Assembly: GCA_035637095.1 (NCBI GenBank)
Contig: DASPXX010000144.1
Coordinates: 7,578-71,577, forward strand
Origin: Thermoanaerobaculia bacterium
Lineage (GTDB): Bacteria > Acidobacteriota > Thermoanaerobaculia > Multivoradales > UBA5704
DNA: 64,000 nt
Reading direction: 5' to 3'
Every line of letters begins with the position of its first letter. The first letter of the stretch is position 1. Positions 17,314 through 24,873 of this stretch are shown here, in pieces. The notes under the pieces were generated by a model. The model saw nothing but the letters and a program-made list of their open reading frames with translations. It did not search any database and was not told the DNA's origin. The position numbers and the translations under genes were made by a program.

Positions 17314-17646
17314 ATGAAACTCCCCGGAGCCGACCGCGCCATCGTCGATGAGGCGAAGGTACGTGACTACCTTCTATCTCCTGAGCATCCAATCGGCAGA
17401 TTCAAAGCCGCATTTTTCGCAAGCGTTGGTTACACGAGGCAGGACTGGGAATGGCTCCGGCAGGAATTCGTATCGATCGCCGCGTCAGAGGACGCCACGC
17501 TGGGGCAGTCCAACGCCTTCGGCCAGAAGTACGAGGTGCGTGGTAGGATCGAAGGGCCAAAGGGGAGACGCTTTGAGATCGTCACCGTATGGATCGTCCT
17601 ACGAGGCGAAAGCGTTCCTCGTTTCGTTACAGCGTATCCAGGGTGA
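17314..17646 (+). CDS. DUF6883-like protein (putative toxin of a two-gene pair)
   Basis: MKLPGADRAIVDEAKVRDYLLSPEHPIGRFKAAFF..VGY...FGQKYEVRG...VTVWIV...PRFVTAYP pattern. Confidence 0.75.
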   Translation: MKLPGADRAIVDEAKVRDYLLSPEHPIGRFKAAFFASVGYTRQDWEWLRQEFVSIAASEDATLGQSNAFGQKYEVRGRIEGPKGRRFEIVTVWIVLRGESVPRFVTAYPG

Positions 17647-17651
17647 TCACG

Positions 17652-17888
17652 ATGAAGTTCAAGGATCTCGACACTGTGGTTCTGGATCGCGACCTGCCCG
17701 AACAGGGTCTGCGGCGTGGAGATCTCGGCGCTGTCGTACAAGTCTACGAGCCGGATAGCATCGAGGTTGAGTTCGTGACCGCAGCGGGCCGAACGCAGGC
17801 ATTGGTGACGCTGAGGCAAACCGATGTTCGAGCGGTCGGGGACGAGGATCTCGTCGCGGTTCGTACGCTCGCGCGGGGCGTTGCCTGA
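17652..17888 (+). CDS. DUF4926 domain protein (putative antitoxin/immunity partner)
   Basis: MKFKDLDTVVLDRDLPEQGLRRGDLGAVVQVYEPDSIEVEF...GRT signature; starts 5 bp after the DUF6883 stop. Confidence 0.85.
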   Translation: MKFKDLDTVVLDRDLPEQGLRRGDLGAVVQVYEPDSIEVEFVTAAGRTQALVTLRQTDVRAVGDEDLVAVRTLARGVA

Positions 17889-17916
17889 CCGGCGGGGCTC
17901 ATCGGAGATCCAAAAG

Positions 17917-18058
17917 CCCCCCGCGCGTGCTAGCTTGAGCAACCTGGCAAGCACGCCTGGAATTCAGGACTCCTCATCATGCCGGACCTCCTGCTGACCC
18001 ACGGCTACTTTCTCGCAGAGGACGAGAAGGAGCGGGAGATCATGAAGCCCTATCCACC
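17917..18058 (+). repeat. Direct-repeat copy 1 (142 bp): duplicate of the upstream region and first 26 codons of the radical SAM gene at 18820
   Basis: Matches 18758-18899 at offset 841 with about 6 mismatches by eye; encodes MPDLLLTHGYFLAEDEKEREIMKPYP, then diverges and stops at 18116. Confidence 0.92.
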
Positions 18059-18475
18059 TTTCATATCCCCGATCCAGACAAGCTCGAAGTCCGGCGCTGT
18101 CCGGAGGGCATTGTAGAGACGGCGATCGGCTGTGACGAGAGGACAGGCATCGCTCACCGCCAAGGCGAGATACAGGCTGTCGTAAAAACTCCGGTCGAAC
18201 CGATGCGCGACATCCCAGGCGAGATCGCAGAGAGGCTCGGACGGGAGTATCCGTACGGGGAATCGCCGCAGGTCGGGAAGGAGCTCCACCACCTGCTCGG
18301 AGGTGAGCTCCTTCCTCCTCCACTTCTTCCACAGAATGTTCCCTGATTCGGCCCAGAGGAGGTCTGGCGACTGCAGATCAAGACCATGCCCGAGGAGGCT
18401 GTGCGCTGCCTCGGAATGCTCTTCGGGAAGCAGCCACTTGATCGCGACGTTCGCATCGACGACGATGCGCGTCAA
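18050..18475 (-). CDS. vapC: VapC/PIN domain toxin
   Basis: TTG start overlapping the antitoxin stop; IVVDANVAIKW, AESGNILW, YDSLYLALA, LVTADRRL PIN motifs. Confidence 0.9.
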   Translation of the reverse strand: MTRIVVDANVAIKWLLPEEHSEAAHSLLGHGLDLQSPDLLWAESGNILWKKWRRKELTSEQVVELLPDLRRFPVRILPSEPLCDLAWDVAHRFDRSFYDSLYLALAVSDACPLVTADRRLYNALRTAPDFELVWIGDMKGG

Positions 18476-18702
18476 CGGTCGCGGTCCTCGCGGAGCAAGT
18501 CGGCGCTGTCGCTCGTCATCTGGCCCGCCAGCCGCCGTCGCCACCGCTCGCTCGTCGCACGCGCTTCGTCCACGGAGAAGAGGGCGGCAGACTCCAGGAT
18601 GACCTTGAGCTCACCCTGTAGGGAGCGGCCATGCATCCGCGCACGGCTCTTCAGATGCTCCAGCACCTCAGGAGCGAGATCTCTGACCAGGACTTGAGAC
18701 AT
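18472..18702 (-). CDS. FitA-like ribbon-helix-helix antitoxin
   Basis: MSQVLVRDLAPEVLEHLKSRARMHGRSLQGELKVIL; RBS AGGAGGT upstream. Confidence 0.85.
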   Translation of the reverse strand: MSQVLVRDLAPEVLEHLKSRARMHGRSLQGELKVILESAALFSVDEARATSERWRRRLAGQMTSDSADLLREDRDR

Positions 18703-18819
18703 CAGGACACCTCCTTCGCTAGCGGAATGATAGCAGAAACTCTCAGCATTGCCCCCACCCCCCGCGCGTGCTAGGTTGAGCAACCTGGCAAGCACGCCCG
18801 GAATTCAGGACTTCTCATC

Positions 18820-20208
18820 ATGCCGGATCTCCTGCTGACCCACGGCTACTTTCTCGCGGAGGACGAGAAGGAGCAGGAGATCATGAAGCCCTATCCACCC
18901 TTGGGGCTCCTCTCCGTCTCCTCGTTCCTGCGCCGCGCCGGCTTCGACGTCGAGATTTTCGATACGACGTTCTCCCGGCGGGAGGACTTGCTGGCGCGCT
19001 TCGCGGAAGGGCCGGGAGTGGTGGGGATCTACACGAATCTGATGACCCGCCGGCCGGTGCTCGATCTGATGGGCGCGGCCCGGGCGCACGGCTGGACCGT
19101 GGTCCTCGGCGGTCCGGAGTCGGCGGGGTATCCGGAGGAGTACCTGGCGCGGGGAGCGGACGTGGTGGTGGTCGGCGAAGGGGAGGAGACGCTGGCCGAG
19201 CTTCTCCCGGCCCTGGCCCGCTCGGGGCCGCTCCGGCTCCACGGCGTGGAGGGCACGATCTTCCGGGACGAGACCGGCGCCGTCGTCCACAATCCCGAAC
19301 GGACGCAGATCCCCGACCTGGACGCGCTTCCCTGGCCCGACCGCGAGCGGATCGACCTGGAGCGGTATGTCGATGTCTGGCGGACGCACCACGGGATGGG
19401 GAGCGTCAACCTGATCACCGCGCGCGGCTGTCCTTATAAATGCCGCTGGTGCTCGCATGCGGTGTTCGGCTTCAGCCACCGGCGGCGGAGCGGGAAGGAC
19501 GTGGCCGACGAGGTCGAGCACATCCGCGACCGCTGGCGGCCGGACCAGCTCTGGTATGCGGACGACGTCTTCACGATCAGCCACCGCTGGCTCTTCGACT
19601 ACGCGGCCGAGCTCAAGCGGCGCGGCCTTCGCCTCCCCTTCGAGACCATCTCGCGGGCCGACCGCATGATGCGCGAGGAGGTGCTCTCGACGCTCGCGGA
19701 GATGGGGTGCTACCGCATCTGGATTGGCTCGGAGAGCGGCAGCCAGCGCATCCTCGACGCCATGGAGCGCGGCGTCACCGCCGAGCAGGTGCAGTGGGCC
19801 ACCCGCGCGGCCCAGCGCCACGGCATGCAGGTCGGCATGTTCCTCATGTGGGGGTACGACGGGGAGACGGAGGAGGACATGGAGGCGACCATCGAGCACG
19901 TGAAGAAGAGCAATCCGGACGTCTTCTTCACCACGGTCGCCTATCCGATCAAGGACACGGGGTACTACCAGGACGTGAAGGAGCGGGTGGTCTCCGCGCT
20001 CGACTGGGAGGAAGCGACCGACCGCGACTCCAAGGTCCGAGGCCGTCACTCGCGGGCCTACTACAAGCAGGCCGACCGCTGGCTGCGCGGCGAGGTCGCC
20101 GCCTTCCGGCTGGAGGGAGAAGATCCTGCGGAGGCCGAGGTCCAGCGGGAGGCGGCGCGGATGGCGCGGGCGGCGATGGTGGGGGTGGCGGGGGAGGTGG
20201 AGGCGTGA
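18820..20208 (+). CDS. B12-binding domain radical SAM protein (2 of 3)
   Basis: MKPYPPLG; RGCPYKCRWC; GSESGSQ. Confidence 0.92.
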   Translation: MPDLLLTHGYFLAEDEKEQEIMKPYPPLGLLSVSSFLRRAGFDVEIFDTTFSRREDLLARFAEGPGVVGIYTNLMTRRPVLDLMGAARAHGWTVVLGGPESAGYPEEYLARGADVVVVGEGEETLAELLPALARSGPLRLHGVEGTIFRDETGAVVHNPERTQIPDLDALPWPDRERIDLERYVDVWRTHHGMGSVNLITARGCPYKCRWCSHAVFGFSHRRRSGKDVADEVEHIRDRWRPDQLWYADDVFTISHRWLFDYAAELKRRGLRLPFETISRADRMMREEVLSTLAEMGCYRIWIGSESGSQRILDAMERGVTAEQVQWATRAAQRHGMQVGMFLMWGYDGETEEDMEATIEHVKKSNPDVFFTTVAYPIKDTGYYQDVKERVVSALDWEEATDRDSKVRGRHSRAYYKQADRWLRGEVAAFRLEGEDPAEAEVQREAARMARAAMVGVAGEVEA

Positions 20209-21155
20209 GGGCCTTCGACGCTCTGGCGGCCGACTACGACGCCTCCTTCACCGCCACCCCTCTCGGCACCCTGCTGCGCGAAGCCGTCTGGCGCCGTCTG
20301 GACGCCCGCTTCTCCCCCGGCGACCGGGTGCTGGAGTTGGCCTGCGGCACGGGGGAGGATGCGGTCCACCTGGCGCGGCGAGGCGTGCGGATCACGGCGA
20401 CCGACGCCTCGCCGGCTATGGTCGAGACGGCCCTCCGCAAGGTCGCGGCGGCCGGGTTGGAGGGGCTGGTCGAGGTCCATCAAGTGGATGTGGAGGATCT
20501 GGCGGCGGATCCCGGCAAACTCACACGGATGCGGAGCCTTCCCCCGCCCGACCTCACCCCCGACCCCTCTCCCATCTCCCACCCGACCCCCGGGAGAGGG
20601 GCGCCCCCGCCCGGCCCTCGCGAGCACGAGCCAGACAAGCTCCCCCCTCTCCCGGTGGAAGGGTGGGAGATGGGAGAGGGGGGCCGGGGGGGTGAGGTCT
20701 TCGACGGCGCCTTCTCCGATTTCGGCGGGCTCAACTGCGTGGCCGACCTGCGAGCCGTGGCCGAAGCCCTCGCTCTTCGGCTGCGCCCGGGCGCGCCGGT
20801 CCTCCTCTGCATGATGGGACCTTTCGTCCCCTGGGAGTGGGCCTGGTATCTGGGACGGGGGGATCTCAAGCGGGCGTTCCGGCGGTTGCGTCCGGGTGGG
20901 GTGGCTTGGCGCGGGATGACCGTGCGGTATCCGTCGATCCGTTCCCTGCGGCGGGCGTTCGCTCCGGAGTTCCGAGTTCTGCGGACCGGTGCGGTCGGGG
21001 CTCTTCTGCCGCCGACCTATATAAAGGAATGGGGGGAGCGCCATCCGCGCCTGCTGGCGGCCCTGGCCCGCTGGGAGCGGCGCCTCGAACGGATGCCTCC
21101 TCTCCCGTGGCTGGCGGACCACTATCTGATCGAGCTGGAACGGAGGGCGGCGTGA
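20205..21155 (+). CDS. Class I SAM-dependent methyltransferase carrying an in-frame repeat insertion
   Basis: GTGA overlap start; VLELACGTGED motif I; FDGAFSDFGGLNC motif preceded by ~50 codons of repeat-derived Pro/Gly-rich sequence. Confidence 0.85.
   Translation: MRAFDALAADYDASFTATPLGTLLREAVWRRLDARFSPGDRVLELACGTGEDAVHLARRGVRITATDASPAMVETALRKVAAAGLEGLVEVHQVDVEDLAADPGKLTRMRSLPPPDLTPDPSPISHPTPGRGAPPPGPREHEPDKLPPLPVEGWEMGEGGRGGEVFDGAFSDFGGLNCVADLRAVAEALALRLRPGAPVLLCMMGPFVPWEWAWYLGRGDLKRAFRRLRPGGVAWRGMTVRYPSIRSLRRAFAPEFRVLRTGAVGALLPPTYIKEWGERHPRLLAALARWERRLERMPPLPWLADHYLIELERRAA
20541..20699. repeat. REP-like inverted doublet of the same family as 12022-12231, inside the methyltransferase CDS
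   Basis: GACCTCACCCCCGACCCCTCTCCC... (20550) and ...GGGAGAGGGGGGCCGGGGGGGTGAGGTC (ends 20699); span 150 bp; the left flank CCCCCGCCCGAC and internal GGGAGAGGG..GCGCCCCCGCCC are shared with the 12 kb copy. Confidence 0.88.
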
Positions 21156-22216
21156 CGGCGCTGGCTCCTGCACCGCGTCCGGAGACCGCCGGCTCGATCG
21201 CTTCGGACCCGCTGCCTCGTGTCGATCCGATCGAGCGGCTGCCGATCCTCATCCTCTATCCGCACAGCCGCTGCAACTGCCGGTGCCTGATGTGCGACAT
21301 CTGGCGGGCTCGCGGCAAGGGCGAGCTGTCGGTGGAGGACGTGGCCGGCTGGCTCTCGGAATGGCGGGCGCTGGGAGTGCGGCGGATCGTCCTCTCGGGC
21401 GGAGAGGCTCTGCTGCATTCGGATCTCGACGCCTTCTGCGCGCCTCTCCACGCGGCGGGGATCGGGATCACGCTCCTCTCGACCGGGCTCCTGCTGCGGC
21501 GGGATGCAGTCCGCCTGGTCCGCTGGTGCGACGATGTCATCGTCAGCCTGGACGGTCCGCGTCCGGTGCACGACCGCATCCGCAACGTGGTACGGGCGTA
21601 CGAGAAGCTCGCCGAGGGGGTGGCCGCGGTGCGCGCCGCCGACCCCAAAGTCGCCGTCTCCGGCCGCTGTACGGTGCAGCGGGAGAACTTCCGGGATCTC
21701 CGCGCGACCGTCCAGGCCTCCCGCGAGCTGGGGCTCGACCGCATCAGCTTCCTCGCCGCGGACGTGACCAGCGAGGCGTTCAACCGCCCGGGGGGTTGGG
21801 CGCCGGAGCAGGCCGCCGCGGTGGCCCTGGAAGCGGACGACCTGCCGCTCCTCGCCGCCGAGCTCGACGCCCTGGAGGTTGAGCACGCCGCCGACTTCGC
21901 AGCCGGGTTCATCGCCGAGAGCCCGGAGAAGCTCCGCCGGCGCCTCCTCCGCCATTTCGCCGCCCTCTTGGGCCGCGGCGACTTCGCTCCGGTCGAATGC
22001 AATGCTCCCTGGGTCTCCGCCGTCATCGAGGCGGACGGCATGGTGCGCCCGTGCTTCTTCCAGCCGGCGCTGGGCAACCTCCGGAGCGCCGGGAGCCTCA
22101 AGGCCGTGCTCAACTCGCCGGAGGCCGTGGCTTGGCGCCAGGGGCTCGACATGGCGCGGGACGAGATCTGCCGCCGCTGCGTCTGCTCGCTGGCGCTGCG
22201 GGAGGACGCCTCATGA
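21152..22216 (+). CDS. Radical SAM protein with SPASM/twitch-type C-terminal domain
   Basis: GTGA overlap; RCNCRCLMC, LSGGEAL; C-terminal CNAPW...GMVRPC...CRRC. Confidence 0.88.
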   Translation: MTALAPAPRPETAGSIASDPLPRVDPIERLPILILYPHSRCNCRCLMCDIWRARGKGELSVEDVAGWLSEWRALGVRRIVLSGGEALLHSDLDAFCAPLHAAGIGITLLSTGLLLRRDAVRLVRWCDDVIVSLDGPRPVHDRIRNVVRAYEKLAEGVAAVRAADPKVAVSGRCTVQRENFRDLRATVQASRELGLDRISFLAADVTSEAFNRPGGWAPEQAAAVALEADDLPLLAAELDALEVEHAADFAAGFIAESPEKLRRRLLRHFAALLGRGDFAPVECNAPWVSAVIEADGMVRPCFFQPALGNLRSAGSLKAVLNSPEAVAWRQGLDMARDEICRRCVCSLALREDAS

Positions 22217-23634
22217 GAACCAAGGTCGTCCTGTACAACCCGCGGGCGGTCTTCTACACCATGCCCCTCGCCCTCCTGGCCGTGGGCTCGCACCTCGATC
22301 CGGAGCGCTACGAGGTCGTGATCGTCGACGGCCGGCTGGAGGACGATCCGGAAGGCGCGGTGCTCCGGCAGCTCGACGGCGCCCTCTGCCTGGGGGTGAG
22401 CGTTTTGACCGGCGGTCCGATCGAGGACGCGGTACGGATCTCGCGCGCGGCCAAGGCGCGGCGGCCCGAGCTGCCGGTGGTCTGGGGCGGCTGGCACCCC
22501 TCGCTCTTCGGCCGCGAGTGCCTGGACGAGCCGGGCGTGGACGTGAGCGTCCAGGCGCAGGGGGAAGCCACGTTCCAGGAGATCTGCGACCGGCTGGTCG
22601 GCGGGGAGAGCGTCCGCGAGCTCGAAGGGTGCCTGGGCTGCGCGTACCGTACGGTGGACGGCGAGGTCCGGCAGAACCCGGCGCGCCCGCTCCTCGATTT
22701 GAACCAGCTGCGCCCGCACGACTACCGGCTGCTGCCGGTCGAGCGCTACTACGCGCTCAAGGGGAAGCGGCAGCTCGACTACATCTCGTCGCAGGGCTGC
22801 GCCTTCCGCTGCACCTTCTGCGCCGATCCGTTCGTCTACAACCGCAAATGGGTGGGATTGGCGCCGGAGCGCATGGGAGAGGAGATCGAGACGCTCTGGC
22901 GCCGCTACGGCTTCGACGACGTCTCGTTCCAGGACGAGACCTACTTCACCTACGCGCCGCGGGTGGCGGCGGTGGCGGAGGAGATCCTGCGGCGCGGCGT
23001 GCGCACGACCTGGGCCGCCACCATGCGCGCCGACCAGGGGGCGCGCCTGCCCGAGGAGATCATGGCGACCTGCCGGCGCTCCGGTCTGCGGCGGGTGATC
23101 ATCGGGGTCGAGGCGGGCTCGCAGGAGATGATCGACCGCATCAAGAAGGACATCAAGCTGGAGCAGGTCTTCGTCAGCGCCGAGAAGTGCCGGCGCCATG
23201 GCGTGAAGGTGATCTTCCCGTTCATCGTCGGCTTCCCCGGAGAGACGGCGGAGAGCATCCGGGCCTCGCTGGACGTGGCCAAGCGCCTGCGCTCCCTGTC
23301 GCCCGACTTCGAGACGCCGATCTTCTATTTCAAGCCGTATCCCGGCTCGCCGCTGACCGACGAGGCGGTGCGCGACGGCTACTCGCTGCCGTGCACGCTC
23401 GACGAGTGGGCGCGCTTCGACTTCATCGGCTCGGCCGGTCCCTGGGTGAGCCCCGAGGTGCACCGCCGGGTCGAGCGCTTCAAGTTCTACCAGCGCATCG
23501 CCTGGGTGCCGGGGAGCCCCTGGAGCCGGCCGGTCCGCGCCCTGGCCCGCTGGCGCCTGCGGCGGGACGCCTACGGGCTGCCGATCGAGAAGACGGTCGG
23601 CGAGTGGCTCTGGCCGCAGCCCGAGCTGTCGTGA
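22213..23634 (+). CDS. B12-binding domain radical SAM protein (3 of 3)
   Basis: ATGA overlap; MPLALLAVGS, VWGGWHPS B12 domain; QGCAFRCTFC. Confidence 0.92.
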   Translation: MRTKVVLYNPRAVFYTMPLALLAVGSHLDPERYEVVIVDGRLEDDPEGAVLRQLDGALCLGVSVLTGGPIEDAVRISRAAKARRPELPVVWGGWHPSLFGRECLDEPGVDVSVQAQGEATFQEICDRLVGGESVRELEGCLGCAYRTVDGEVRQNPARPLLDLNQLRPHDYRLLPVERYYALKGKRQLDYISSQGCAFRCTFCADPFVYNRKWVGLAPERMGEEIETLWRRYGFDDVSFQDETYFTYAPRVAAVAEEILRRGVRTTWAATMRADQGARLPEEIMATCRRSGLRRVIIGVEAGSQEMIDRIKKDIKLEQVFVSAEKCRRHGVKVIFPFIVGFPGETAESIRASLDVAKRLRSLSPDFETPIFYFKPYPGSPLTDEAVRDGYSLPCTLDEWARFDFIGSAGPWVSPEVHRRVERFKFYQRIAWVPGSPWSRPVRALARWRLRRDAYGLPIEKTVGEWLWPQPELS

Positions 23635-23676
23635 CGGTTTTCTGCTATCCTGTGCGCCTTCCGAGAGAGGCCCAGG

Positions 23677-24189
23677 ATGTTGCAGTTGTCTGTCCGCCGT
23701 TCCGTCTGTGTCGTTCTATCCCTGATCGCTTTTGTGCTCGCGGCCCCCGGCCATGCCCTGGAGGATGTCCGCGCCTCCCTGTCGGGCATCCCCTGGTTGC
23801 AGCGGGTGGTCCGTGACGGGATCTCCCTCCAGGTGGACCTCGAGTCGCTGGCCAGGCGGGGGGACGGTGCGTTTCGGGAGAAGGACCGCGTGGCCGTGCG
23901 CCTGCGCATCTCCGATGTGAACACGGGACTGCCGCTGGACGGCCTCGATCCGGTCGCCTGGCTGGGCGCGGCGCCTGCCGGAGGCGGGATGGACCCGGAG
24001 AGGTGCCCCGCCGAGGCGCAGGAGGTCGCGGCAGAAGGCACGCCGGAGTCGTTGCGGGAGACAAGCCAGCCGGGCACCTACGAGACCATCGCCCGCCTCG
24101 GCCGCCCCGGCCGCTACGAGCTCGTCTTCTTCGTCGGCACGCCGCGCCTGATCCACTGCTTCCAGGTCGAGGTGCAGCCGCGCGGCTAA
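23677..24189 (+). CDS. Small secreted protein; propeller-less paralog of the 10076-12196 protein
   Basis: Signal peptide; two segments align by eye with the sequences flanking the beta-propeller of 10076-12196. Confidence 0.75.
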   Translation: MLQLSVRRSVCVVLSLIAFVLAAPGHALEDVRASLSGIPWLQRVVRDGISLQVDLESLARRGDGAFREKDRVAVRLRISDVNTGLPLDGLDPVAWLGAAPAGGGMDPERCPAEAQEVAAEGTPESLRETSQPGTYETIARLGRPGRYELVFFVGTPRLIHCFQVEVQPRG

Positions 24190-24860
24190 CCCGCCCGCCG
24201 CACCGCGTGCACCGTCACCACCTCGTTCCCGAAGTCCCGCCTGGCGGCAGACTCGATCGCGAAGCCCTGGTGCTCGAGCGCTTCGAGGAGGGCGGGGCCG
24301 TCGCCGTCGGTGGAGAGGAGGAGGAGAGCGAGGCCTCCCGGAGCCAGGGCGGTTGAGAGCCCGGCGGCGAAGCGGTCCAGGACGTCGGTGCCGCGCCAGG
24401 CCAGGTCGGACCGGCTCTTCGGGGTTCCCCGGAAGAAGGGGGGATTGAAGAGGACCAGGTCGAACGTTGCGCCGGCCACGGGTGCGAAGAGGTCTCCCTC
24501 CCGGACCTCGATCCGGTCCTCCAGACCGTTCAGGAGCGCGTTCAGCCGCGCGCAGCGCACCGCCTCGGGATTGATGTCGACGGCCACGACCCGATAGCCG
24601 CAGCGGGCCGCGAACACCGCTCCCACGCCGGAGCCGGTCCCCAGGTCGAGGGCCGTCGCCCCGTTCCCCGGCGGCGCCGAGGCGACCGCGCGGGCGAGGA
24701 CCGTCCCGGTGCGGAAGAGGACGGGGTTGAACACCTCGGGCAGGACGATCAGCGGCACGCCGTCCAGCTCCTCCAGGACGGTCCGCCCCAGGCGGCGGCG
24801 GAGGAACGGACGGTGGAGGCTGTGGCCGAGGAGGGCCAGCCGCCGGGTGAGCGCGTTCAT
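24186..24860 (-). CDS. HemK/PrmC-like class I SAM methyltransferase
   Basis: ALDLGTGSG, AVDINP, EGDLF and LFNPPF motifs. Confidence 0.85.
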   Translation of the reverse strand: MNALTRRLALLGHSLHRPFLRRRLGRTVLEELDGVPLIVLPEVFNPVLFRTGTVLARAVASAPPGNGATALDLGTGSGVGAVFAARCGYRVVAVDINPEAVRCARLNALLNGLEDRIEVREGDLFAPVAGATFDLVLFNPPFFRGTPKSRSDLAWRGTDVLDRFAAGLSTALAPGGLALLLLSTDGDGPALLEALEHQGFAIESAARRDFGNEVVTVHAVRRAG

Positions 24861-24873
24861 CAGGCCGGCGGCG

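Noticed and set aside
12303-24860. RiPP cluster built on the SPASM radical SAM
   Set aside because: No plausible short precursor ORF, RRE/PqqD domain or peptidase-transporter was found nearby.
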